Shown piece by piece: positions 9,734 through 16,785 of a stretch of 64,000 nucleotides of DNA (within the stretch, counting starts at the first letter, position 1; each line of letters starts with the position of its first letter). The position numbers and the translations under genes are program-made. This DNA is from a virus: IMG/VR virus record IMGVR_UViG_3300021364_000006. One strand, written 5' to 3'. Under the pieces are notes generated by a model, which made no database searches, was not told the origin of the DNA, and saw only the letters and a program-made list of their open reading frames with translations.

Positions 9734-9826
9734 TCATCTGTACAAAAATTTCATTTCGCCGTAGATGAGAGAAAGGAATGCTACTGAACCAAGGGATACG
9801 ATCCCAGCGATTTGTAGTGCTTCCAT
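9734..9826 (-). CDS. 30-aa single-TM peptide (not in ORF track)
   Basis: MEALQIAGIVSLGSVAFLSLIYGEMKFLYR*, immediately after the DUF4278-type gene. Confidence 0.55.
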   Translation of the reverse strand: MEALQIAGIVSLGSVAFLSLIYGEMKFLYR

Positions 9827-9831
9827 GACGA

Positions 9832-9996
9832 TCACTTAGCGTAAGAGTGACCGCGATAGCAGAAAGTTCCATGAACTTCTTCACCACCTTGCTGACACTC
9901 ATACTTGACACCACGATAGGTGGTCATAGCAATCTGAGCATCGTGTAGTGCAGCTGCTTTCTGGATCTGCTTCTTGATGATAGTAAGTGTGTTCAT
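9832..9996 (-). CDS. DUF4278-type (YRG-motif) small protein (not in ORF track)
   Basis: MNTLTIIKKQIQKAAALHDAQIAMTTYRGVKYECQQGGEEVHGTFCYRGHSYAK*; two YRG motifs; AGGAG SD. Confidence 0.8.
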   Translation of the reverse strand: MNTLTIIKKQIQKAAALHDAQIAMTTYRGVKYECQQGGEEVHGTFCYRGHSYAK

Positions 9997-10054
9997 TAGT
10001 TTACTCCTAAAAGAATGGAAAATTAACCTTCTCTCGTTTCCGAGGATCCGTTTT

Positions 10055-10234
10055 CCGTTCCTTCAGTCGTTTGCGTCCCATTGACATTCGGGTACAGATT
10101 CCCTTACGGTTTCTACAAGTTCTACAACCACTGCTGGTGGTAGATTCTTATTTTTGCTGATCCTTAACATTAAGGATTCAGCATCCTGACATGTCAACGT
10201 TGAATACAGAAGTAATTCAAACATGGGATGAACG
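10055..10234 (-). ncRNA. Glutamine-II (Downstream-peptide)-like riboswitch aptamer 2, P2 loop replaced by an ORF
   Basis: CGUUCAUCCCAU...AUGGGACGCAAACGACUGAAGGAACGG; P1 CGUUC/GAACG, P2 UCCCAU/AUGGGA; upstream of a DUF4278-type gene. Confidence 0.7.
10063..10224 (-). CDS. 53-aa two-Cys protein nested in riboswitch aptamer 2 (not in ORF track)
   Basis: MFELLLYSTLTCQDAESLMLRISKNKNLPPAVVVELVETVRESVPECQWDAND*; GGAG 10 nt upstream. Confidence 0.7.
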   Translation of the reverse strand: MFELLLYSTLTCQDAESLMLRISKNKNLPPAVVVELVETVRESVPECQWDAND

Positions 10235-10236
10235 CT

Positions 10237-10468
10237 CCGTTCCGCGACTTACTTGCGTCCTCAGGTAAATGTACCATTGCATTCCCCTTCAACTTTTGAT
10301 TTGAAATACTGGATGAGATTCCATTTCGATCGTTGATCGATGTCGTCCCTCATCTGTGTCTCAACTCTGAGTTGTAGAAACCTTTCACAAGACATATGCC
10401 ACCCATAGGGTGACGGATCGTGATGGGCTAAGGTGAAAGCCAATAGTAGAGATACCATTGGATGAACG
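10237..10468 (-). ncRNA. Glutamine-II (Downstream-peptide)-like riboswitch aptamer 1, P2 loop replaced by an ORF
   Basis: CGUUCAUCC...GGACGCAAGUAAGUCGCGGAACGG; begins about 7 nt after the -10 box. Confidence 0.7.
10261..10458 (-). CDS. 65-aa two-Cys protein nested in riboswitch aptamer 1
   Basis: ATG lies 1 nt after CGTTCATCC; TGA directly abuts GGACGCA; hydrophobic N-terminus. Confidence 0.7.
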   Translation of the reverse strand: MVSLLLAFTLAHHDPSPYGWHMSCERFLQLRVETQMRDDIDQRSKWNLIQYFKSKVEGECNGTFT

Positions 10469-10475
10469 TATGGTC

Positions 10476-10504
10476 ATTATAGACCGCATCACATATTTAG
10501 TCAA
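10476..10504 (-). promoter_or_regulatory. Sigma70-type promoter (embedded CTAAATA late-type motif)
   Basis: TTGACT-N17-TATAAT. Confidence 0.8.
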
Positions 10505-10511
10505 GTACTTT

Positions 10512-10527
10512 TGTATCTTGTGATACA
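10512..10527. promoter_or_regulatory. NtcA-binding box
   Basis: TGTA-N8-TACA (tGTAtcttgtgaTACa), just upstream of the -35 box. Confidence 0.65.
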
Positions 10528-10529
10528 GT

Positions 10530-10715
10530 TTACTCAAAATCTTTAGATTCTTCTTCCAATTCATCAATGATAGTTTTTTTACCACTCAACTTCTGAATTG
10601 TGTGAAGTGTTGATTTGCGATATTTCTTCAATTTTTTGTATTTTTTGAGAAGACGAGTCATATCTTCAATTGGGAGTTCTACGTCTACTCCGTCAATATC
10701 AAATCCTTTTGTCAT
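10530..10715 (-). CDS. Hypothetical protein
   Basis: Lys-rich 61-aa ORF starting MTKGF. Confidence 0.55.
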   Translation of the reverse strand: MTKGFDIDGVDVELPIEDMTRLLKKYKKLKKYRKSTLHTIQKLSGKKTIIDELEEESKDFE

Positions 10716-10782
10716 TTTTGAAAAACCCTACAGAGCGAAAAAAAGCCAGGGATTTTTTTCCCCGACTTTTTGGAATTAAAAG

Positions 10783-11433
10783 TCAATTTTGGTTTTGGAC
10801 CGCTTTCCAATCATTGTCGAAGATCTCTAGACCTTTGTCAGTTAGAATATGATCATACATCTGATCAAATACTTTTGGTGGCATCGTACAGATGTCAGCT
10901 CCATTATACCACGAACGAACAGCACGTTGAACGCTACGAATAGAAGCGGAAAGAACCTGAGTTCTCACACCATGAATACGATAGAGTTCAGAGATAGAAC
11001 GAACAACCTCTAGGCCTGCCACAGATTGGTCGTCAAGGCGTCCTACGAAGGGTGAGACATATGTTGCACCAGCCTTTGCTGCTAGGATCGCCTGAGCGGC
11101 GCTGAAGATCAATGTGACGTTAACTTTGATATTCTGATCGGAGAGTGACTTACAGACTGCTAGTCCTTCACGGGTGCATGGAACCTTTACAGTGCATACA
11201 TCACCAAATTTTTCATAAAGACGCTTGCCTTCACGATACATTTGACCTTCATCACCAACAACTTCCATGCTGATGTCACGAACACCAAGATCTTTGATTT
11301 CCTGATAGACTTCTTCTGGGTCTCGACCACTTTTCATGATCAAAGTTGGATTAGTGGTCACACCATCAACCAAACCAGTTTTGAAGTATTCGTTGATGAT
11401 ATTAGTGTCAGCTGTATCTAGAAAAATCTTCAT
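10783..11433 (-). CDS. talC: Transaldolase (TalC/MipB family)
   Basis: MKIFLDTAD, GVTTNPTL, VKVP, VNVTLIFS, YVSPFVGRLDD, HILTDKG. Confidence 0.95.
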   Translation of the reverse strand: MKIFLDTADTNIINEYFKTGLVDGVTTNPTLIMKSGRDPEEVYQEIKDLGVRDISMEVVGDEGQMYREGKRLYEKFGDVCTVKVPCTREGLAVCKSLSDQNIKVNVTLIFSAAQAILAAKAGATYVSPFVGRLDDQSVAGLEVVRSISELYRIHGVRTQVLSASIRSVQRAVRSWYNGADICTMPPKVFDQMYDHILTDKGLEIFDNDWKAVQNQN

Positions 11434-11470
11434 ATAATTGTGAGTGTATTTCATTTCAGGGATTTTAACA

Positions 11471-11635
11471 TTAGTTACTGAATTCGTCAATGATGTCAAG
11501 CACATCATTTAAAGCTCTGTGAGCACCATCATGCCAGTCACCACTTTTATCATGATGCTGACCATTATACAATGCGGTTTTCAGTTTATAGACTCTTGAA
11601 AGGATATCTACTTTAGACAGTCGCGATCTAGGCAT
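11471..11635 (-). CDS. Small hypothetical protein (not in ORF track)
   Basis: MPRSRLSKVDILSRVYKLKTALY...WHDGAHRALNDVLDIIDEFSN*. Confidence 0.6.
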   Translation of the reverse strand: MPRSRLSKVDILSRVYKLKTALYNGQHHDKSGDWHDGAHRALNDVLDIIDEFSN

Positions 11636-11640
11636 TGGCA

Positions 11641-11769
11641 TTACTCTTCATCATAGTTAAGGACTTGTACAATCACATAACCAACTCCAATAAGGAGAAT
11701 GATTATGGAAATAATTACACTCCATACAGGATCATTTGGATTCTCTAGTGGGCGGAGGAGGAGATTCAT
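11641..11769 (-). CDS. 42-aa single-TM protein (not in ORF track)
   Basis: MNLLLRPLENPNDPVWSVIISIIILLIGVGYVIVQVLNYDEE*. Confidence 0.6.
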   Translation of the reverse strand: MNLLLRPLENPNDPVWSVIISIIILLIGVGYVIVQVLNYDEE

Positions 11770-11935
11770 GTGATATATTCATTCTTATCCCCTGGTATCT
11801 AGGATTGTTCTTTACTTCTTCTGCACACATTATGCTGAATTCGTCACAACATTTACACCAGTCTTTCCTAGCATCTTGCGCCCCTAGAGCTTTTTTCTCC
11901 ACAATCGCTCCCATACATGCCATAACTTGGCACAT
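11732..11935 (-). CDS. Cys-rich hypothetical protein
   Basis: ORF with WCKCCDEF; start may lie further upstream. Confidence 0.4.
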   Translation of the reverse strand: MCQVMACMGAIVEKKALGAQDARKDWCKCCDEFSIMCAEEVKNNPRYQGIRMNISHESPPPPTRESK

Positions 11936-11938
11936 TCA

Positions 11939-12124
11939 TCACTCTTCTTCTGCAGGTGTTCCTCTCGATACATGATTCTTTCCGAAAGGTTCCCAATGCT
12001 CCCATCCATATTTATGGACAAGGTGCATTCCTAAGATGGGAACAAATACTAATAGTATACCCATGACGCCTAAGCACCAGGGGGTTTGCATGATGTGTCT
12101 AACCAGGAGCTGAACGTGATTCAT
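11939..12124 (-). CDS. Small membrane protein
   Basis: TM helix followed by VHKYGWEHWEPF. Confidence 0.6.
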   Translation of the reverse strand: MNHVQLLVRHIMQTPWCLGVMGILLVFVPILGMHLVHKYGWEHWEPFGKNHVSRGTPAEEE

Positions 12125-12341
12125 TTTGGAAATACTCGGGTAAAGGACATCCTTTGAACTTTTCTATCTCGTTAATAGACAACACAAACATAGTCACAAA
12201 TCCAAGGCAAAAAGCAAACAACATCTGAGGAAAATTATAATTCCCCATGTAAGCAGTAGGATCAGGTTCATCATCATGTGGATGAAGATGTTTACTGATC
12301 TGTTCTATTCGTTTTTTCTTTTCCTTTTCTTTGTCATCCAT
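12099..12341 (-). CDS. Membrane hypothetical protein
   Basis: YNFPQMLFAFCLGFVTMFVL, GCPLPEYF. Confidence 0.6.
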   Translation of the reverse strand: MDDKEKEKKKRIEQISKHLHPHDDEPDPTAYMGNYNFPQMLFAFCLGFVTMFVLSINEIEKFKGCPLPEYFQNESRSAPG

Positions 12342-12342
12342 T

Positions 12343-12426
12343 TTACCCTCGGTATCTACCTGGCCATGTTAACTGCATTCCAGCAATTAGCAATAGAATG
12401 AAAGGAAATACAAACAATACGGTCAT
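12343..12426 (-). CDS. 27-aa TM peptide (not in ORF track)
   Basis: MTVLFVFPFILLLIAGMQLTWPGRYRG*; ATGA overlap with the zwf stop. Confidence 0.5.
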   Translation of the reverse strand: MTVLFVFPFILLLIAGMQLTWPGRYRG

Positions 12427-13790
12427 GCTGGATAATCCCATTTAGTAATTGATTCTACTTGCTTCCAAGGTCCCCACGTAGAAGGCATATAGACGTAAGG
12501 AACAGTGCGAATCTGACATTGATCACCCTCACACAAAAGATCATCAACAATTCGCCAGGACTCCATCACTTCTTCTGAGTGGACAAAGTGGGACTGGTCT
12601 CCGTTGATTGCATCGTAGAGTAGTTTTTCATATCCGTCGATTGCTCTATCTTCTGGATAGGCGTGTGTGAGGGTAGCACGCTCAAGATTATCAGCAAGAC
12701 CAGGGGACTTAATATCCATCCTAATATCCAGATGAGGATGAGGCTGAAGACGGATGACGATACGATCATTGATTTCGCCCTCATAGAGTCTTAGCGGTGG
12801 TGCTTTTAGTTTGATAACAACCTCTACACATCCATAAGGCATGTGCTTTCCAGTCATGACGTTAAAAGGAACTCCTTCCCAACGCCAGTTGTCAACGAAA
12901 AGAGTACCAGCGAAATAGGTAGGAGTACCACTGTTAGGATCAACGCCCTCTTCATCACGGTAGCCATGGTATTGTCCAAGAATAACTGTTGGTGATAGTC
13001 TAGTCGCTGCCAACACTTTTGTCTTCTCTCTTCTGACTTCAGTTGCTGACATTCGGCATGGAGGTTCCATGGCAATCAATGCAAGAACCTGCAGAACATG
13101 ATTTTGTAACATGTCTCTAACAGCACCAGCAGTTTCATAATATTGAGCTCTACCTTCACAACCAATAGTTTCAGTTGCAAAGATCTGAACTTCTTCTATG
13201 TACTGCCTGTTCCAAAGTGGTTCCAGTAAAATATTGCTAAAACGGGTGGCAAGGATGTTATTAACAGTATCTTTGCCAAGATAATGGTCAATGCGATAAA
13301 CCTGTTTCTCGCGTAGATGTCTAGCAACCAAAGTTGATAGATGATCAGCAGATTTAAAATCGTGCCCAAAGGGTTTTTCGATAACCACCCTAGTTTTTTC
13401 TGGGTCATCTAAACATCCTGCCTCCTTTAGATTAGCAATTGCATCAGCATATCTTTCTGGTGGAACAGAAAGAAAGTAAGTCAGATCGTCAATGTAATCT
13501 GGCAAATGTCTAAGTGTATCCACCATAGACAAATCAGCACATTGATAATCTAAATGATTTAGAAAATCTTCAGGATAATCACCCAAAGATTCCTTCCACA
13601 TTTCTGCTGTTGGTTCTCTTCTAGCAGAACCCATAATTAAAAAATTGTCTGGTAGAAGTTCTTTCTGCCAGAGTTTATAAAGTGCTGGAATAAGTTTTCT
13701 CTTGCATAGATCTCCAGTCGCACCGAAGATAACTATGCCTTTAGTGAGCGGTTCCGTTTCCATCGTAGTCGTCTGAGTCGTAGTAGTCAT
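12423..13790 (-). CDS. zwf: Glucose-6-phosphate 1-dehydrogenase
   Basis: GATGDL, EKPFG, RIDHYLGK, RDMLQNH, RWEGVPF; start either 13790 or 13763. Confidence 0.95.
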   Translation of the reverse strand: MTTTTQTTTMETEPLTKGIVIFGATGDLCKRKLIPALYKLWQKELLPDNFLIMGSARREPTAEMWKESLGDYPEDFLNHLDYQCADLSMVDTLRHLPDYIDDLTYFLSVPPERYADAIANLKEAGCLDDPEKTRVVIEKPFGHDFKSADHLSTLVARHLREKQVYRIDHYLGKDTVNNILATRFSNILLEPLWNRQYIEEVQIFATETIGCEGRAQYYETAGAVRDMLQNHVLQVLALIAMEPPCRMSATEVRREKTKVLAATRLSPTVILGQYHGYRDEEGVDPNSGTPTYFAGTLFVDNWRWEGVPFNVMTGKHMPYGCVEVVIKLKAPPLRLYEGEINDRIVIRLQPHPHLDIRMDIKSPGLADNLERATLTHAYPEDRAIDGYEKLLYDAINGDQSHFVHSEEVMESWRIVDDLLCEGDQCQIRTVPYVYMPSTWGPWKQVESITKWDYPA

Positions 13791-13872
13791 TTTCACCTTT
13801 TCGTATCCCGAAATATATCGTGGCCAGTACAAACGGTATTGAAATCCATGTGAGTGCATCAGAGAAGATCAT
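13741..13872 (-). CDS. ndhP: NDH-1 complex small subunit NdhP homolog (not in ORF track)
   Basis: MIFSDALTWISIPFVLATIYFGIRKGENDYYDSDDYDGNGTAH*: single TM, FG, and the YD.D.Y.GNG[ST]AH C-terminus typical of NdhP. Confidence 0.75.
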   Translation of the reverse strand: MIFSDALTWISIPFVLATIYFGIRKGENDYYDSDDYDGNGTAH

Positions 13873-14089
13873 TTCTTTCGTTCAGTCCGTGTTCTTTTAA
13901 ATAATCAATCCACCATTGTAATTTTTGTTTTCTCCAAACAGGAACTGGTAATCCCTGTTCAGAGTAGTATTCAAACAGAGCACTATCGATAGTCTGTGAG
14001 ATCTCCATATTCCTCTTCATCTTTGTCAACGTCCTCATATGGGTTTGCCACGTAGGGTCCTCTTTTTCGTAAAGGTTCTTTTCTGACAT
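13859..14089 (-). CDS. Hypothetical protein (start uncertain)
   Basis: ISQTIDSALFEYYSEQGLPVPVW...WW..YL. Confidence 0.5.
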   Translation of the reverse strand: MSEKNLYEKEDPTWQTHMRTLTKMKRNMEISQTIDSALFEYYSEQGLPVPVWRKQKLQWWIDYLKEHGLNERNDLL

Positions 14090-14195
14090 AATCCGATTCG
14101 GTATTAATTGCAGATAACCAAACTGCCAATTTCATTACTATGTAGACTACTACTAGTGGTGTGAAGCATAACAGAAGGGTTATTTGATACTTCAT
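13983..14195 (-). CDS. Membrane hypothetical protein
   Basis: N-terminal TM helix, RKRGPY, acidic tail. Confidence 0.6.
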   Translation of the reverse strand: MKYQITLLLCFTPLVVVYIVMKLAVWLSAINTESDYVRKEPLRKRGPYVANPYEDVDKDEEEYGDLTDYR

Positions 14196-15211
14196 CTTAC
14201 GTCATGTCCTCCAAACATTGCTCGCATACCGTTCAATACTTTGAACGCGAAAGCCCCCAAACGACGAGATTCAAAACGCTCAAACAACGCCGTAGAAATG
14301 ACAGGAGTGGGAACACCCAAATCGACAGCGGCATGAACAGTCCAGCGACCTTCACCGCTATCGGAAACCCCTCCATCGAACTTATCAAGCTCTGTATTGC
14401 CCCGAAGTACATCCGCAGTAAGATCCAATAACCAACTGCCGACCACGCTACCACGACGCCATAACTCAGCCACCTCAGCACAGTCAATATCGTAGCAGTA
14501 ATCTTGTGGATTCTCCATCGGAGCCACCTCAGCATCACCTGCTTTGACGTACTTGCTCCCAGCATTAGCTTCATGCAGGATATTAAATCCTTCTGCGTAT
14601 GCTTGCATGATTCCATACTCAACACCATTATGAACCATTTTTACAAAGTGACCAGCGCCTGGTGGTCCACAATGTAACCAACCATACTCGGCAGATGTTG
14701 CTCTAGAGAGTGGGTCAGTTCTATCAGCTGCTCCGATGCCTGGTGCAAGTGCCCTAAAGATAGGAGAGCAGACGGATACTGCAGTATCTGTACCACCAAC
14801 CATAAGACAGTATCCACGCTCCAGACCATAAACTCCACCAGAAGTACCGCAGTCAAGATATTGGATGCCCAACTTAGATAACCTTTCTGCTCTCCTGCGA
14901 GAGTCCTTAAAATTACTATTGCCGTGATCAATAATAATATCTCCTTCACCACAAAACTGTAGTAACTCATTAAGTGTATCCTCCACGGTTTCTGCTGGAA
15001 CTACCATCATAAAGATGCCAGGACCTTTTGATCTAACTTCGCTACAAAGATATTCTATAGATGTACAAACACCTGAGACATAACCTTTCTCAAATGCCTC
15101 TTCAGCCTTGGCATAGTTTCTTCGATATCCCCAGACTTCAATGTCTGCTTTCATCATACGGCGAGACATACCCTCACCCATTCTTCCAAGACCAATCAAT
15201 CCAACTTTCAT
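14192..15211 (-). CDS. gnd: 6-phosphogluconate dehydrogenase (short decarboxylating type)
   Basis: GLIGLGRMG, DHGNS, GTSGG, GHFVKMVHNGVEYG, DSGEGRW, MFGGH. Confidence 0.95.
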   Translation of the reverse strand: MKVGLIGLGRMGEGMSRRMMKADIEVWGYRRNYAKAEEAFEKGYVSGVCTSIEYLCSEVRSKGPGIFMMVVPAETVEDTLNELLQFCGEGDIIIDHGNSNFKDSRRRAERLSKLGIQYLDCGTSGGVYGLERGYCLMVGGTDTAVSVCSPIFRALAPGIGAADRTDPLSRATSAEYGWLHCGPPGAGHFVKMVHNGVEYGIMQAYAEGFNILHEANAGSKYVKAGDAEVAPMENPQDYCYDIDCAEVAELWRRGSVVGSWLLDLTADVLRGNTELDKFDGGVSDSGEGRWTVHAAVDLGVPTPVISTALFERFESRRLGAFAFKVLNGMRAMFGGHDVR

Positions 15212-15711
15212 TTAATCATCTCCATTGCTTTGAGTAATTCATTACTATGTGTTAGTTCATCATTTAAGATCTCAAGGATCTTATCATCGTGACCATTGAG
15301 TGCTAAGTATTTGGCATATGTGGTGGCAGCATGGACTTCTACTTCGTAGGAGAGATGGTAAGCAGACCTAGGAGCCAACCAGTAATAAACCACGTTGACC
15401 CAATAGTAGATAAGTACAAGGTGTCTGGCCACAAAGCGATCCACAAGATAAGTGTTACCGCCCCTACTCTCCATATACTCAAGATGTTCTGTTTCGTTAA
15501 GTGTTTGAGCAAAATGTTCCTCCATCAGATAGATGTGTTCTGGACCACGTAACCCCATAGATTCTCTAAAATGTAGCACACTCAAGAATGCAAAATAGGG
15601 TGCCCGAGCAATCTCTTCAAGCACCCAAAACCGTTGATAATCTCTTCCCTTATAAAGGAAGTCCAGAATTGCTACTGTGATATCTAAAACAAGTTCATTG
15701 AGTTTCTTCAT
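15208..15711 (-). CDS. ptox: Plastoquinol terminal oxidase
   Basis: RFWVLEEIARAPYFAF, NETEHL, EVEVHA..TY, DELTH di-iron motifs. Confidence 0.9.
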   Translation of the reverse strand: MKKLNELVLDITVAILDFLYKGRDYQRFWVLEEIARAPYFAFLSVLHFRESMGLRGPEHIYLMEEHFAQTLNETEHLEYMESRGGNTYLVDRFVARHLVLIYYWVNVVYYWLAPRSAYHLSYEVEVHAATTYAKYLALNGHDDKILEILNDELTHSNELLKAMEMIK

Positions 15712-15871
15712 CTTCTTCATAGTCGTAAGTTAAGCGACAGTCCCAATAGTGGTCTTCTTCCCACTCTGGTTCATAAAGAGGACAAGGTTCCTCAAAGAGA
15801 TGTTGCATCCTTAGTTGATTGATACGCTCTCTGAGGGACTTATAAAACTCTCTCTTTTGTTCTGAATTCAT
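15695..15871 (-). CDS. Small hypothetical protein (not in ORF track)
   Basis: MNSEQKREFYKSLRERINQLRMQHLFEEPCPLYE... Confidence 0.6.
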   Translation of the reverse strand: MNSEQKREFYKSLRERINQLRMQHLFEEPCPLYEPEWEEDHYWDCRLTYDYEEDEETQ

Positions 15872-16191
15872 TCTACATGAACAGTGCCAATCATACCTGC
15901 ACCTTTATGGGGACCACACCAATAAGTATAGTCACCAGCTTCGGGAAATGCAACATCAAACTCTTCGCCTGGTAACATTGCCAGGGCTTCGTGACCTAAT
16001 TCTGGATGATCCTCAATAATTACATTATGAGGAGGAAGCATATTATTAACAAAATGAACAGACTCCCCAGCACTGATCGTTACCTCTGCAGGATCGAAAA
16101 CTAAATTGCCATTAGAACCCATTTGAACATCAACAGCCCAGGCAGGGACTGCAAAAAACAGGGATGCTAGAAACGCGAAAAAGAACTTCAT
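15868..16191 (-). CDS. petE: Plastocyanin
   Basis: Signal peptide, LVFDP, PHNV, YWCGPHKGAGM copper ligands. Confidence 0.95.
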   Translation of the reverse strand: MKFFFAFLASLFFAVPAWAVDVQMGSNGNLVFDPAEVTISAGESVHFVNNMLPPHNVIIEDHPELGHEALAMLPGEEFDVAFPEAGDYTYWCGPHKGAGMIGTVHVE

Positions 16192-16197
16192 GTTCTG

Positions 16198-16401
16198 TTA
16201 CTCGACTACACTATCTAGGTATTTCCGCTCTTCTTTATACAAAAAATCAAGATTTCTATCTAGATATATTTCGATTCCCTGACGTAAATCTGGTAGCAAC
16301 CATTCATCAATACGATAGCAATATTGCCAGTTGGCTGGTTGAATGCAATTCATTACAACAACAGTCCAAAATGCCGTTAAGTGATTAGTAATAGTAAGCA
16401 T
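16198..16401 (-). CDS. Hypothetical protein
   Basis: FW.VVVMNCIQPANWQYC..IDEWLLPDL. Confidence 0.6.
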   Translation of the reverse strand: MLTITNHLTAFWTVVVMNCIQPANWQYCYRIDEWLLPDLRQGIEIYLDRNLDFLYKEERKYLDSVVE

Positions 16402-16402
16402 T

Positions 16403-16426
16403 AAAAAAGGACCCGTAGGTCCTTTT
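16403..16426 (-). terminator. Intrinsic terminator
   Basis: AAAAGGACC-TACG-GGTCCTTTTTT. Confidence 0.65.
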
Positions 16427-16451
16427 ATTGTATCATAGGTTCGATTTTAAT

Positions 16452-16649
16452 TCAACCAACAGGGTGATCTCTTAGTACCTCCCGACATACTTTTTTACAC
16501 GTTGCTTGACTATCATCACACTCAATCAAACAATCATAGTAATCGTTAATTACATCGGCTTCCTCCATTGATCGATCCAGAGATTTGTTTAGACGACGGA
16601 ATGATTCTTTCCATCCAGCAAGTTGATTATGCGAGAGTAAATTGTGCAT
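16452..16649 (-). CDS. Small Cys-rich protein (C-x3-C-x6-C-x3-C)
   Basis: MHNLLSHNQLAGW...YYDCLIECDDSQATCKKVCREVL; GGAG SD. Confidence 0.7.
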   Translation of the reverse strand: MHNLLSHNQLAGWKESFRRLNKSLDRSMEEADVINDYYDCLIECDDSQATCKKVCREVLRDHPVG

Positions 16650-16718
16650 AATGTTCTCCACTATTTACATTCATGATCAGAAATTGAAGGGGGGTTTCAC
16701 TTCATTCGTGAGTTCCTA

Positions 16719-16761
16719 ATTCTATATTCTATGTATACAAGTTTGTGTTAATTAACTAACA
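16719..16761 (-). promoter_or_regulatory. NtcA/CRP-like class II promoter
   Basis: TGTT-N8-AACA followed by exactly 22 nt, then TAGAAT. Confidence 0.45.
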
Positions 16762-16785
16762 TTTGTTAAAAGAACATAAAAGTAC

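Noticed and set aside
9723-9914. 63-aa track ORF MVSSMSV...
   Set aside because: Alternative frame over the better-supported DUF4278-type gene and 30-aa peptide
10050-10470. Repeated GGATGAACG and TTGCGTCC as a CRISPR-like or mobile-element repeat
   Set aside because: Only two units, split into halves that base-pair as riboswitch aptamers; no cas or transposase genes
13791-13859. N-terminal extension of zwf in the ORF track
   Set aside because: This region is the ndhP coding sequence in another frame
16452-16649. CP12
   Set aside because: Lacks the AWD.VEEL motif and the C-x8-C C-terminal spacing
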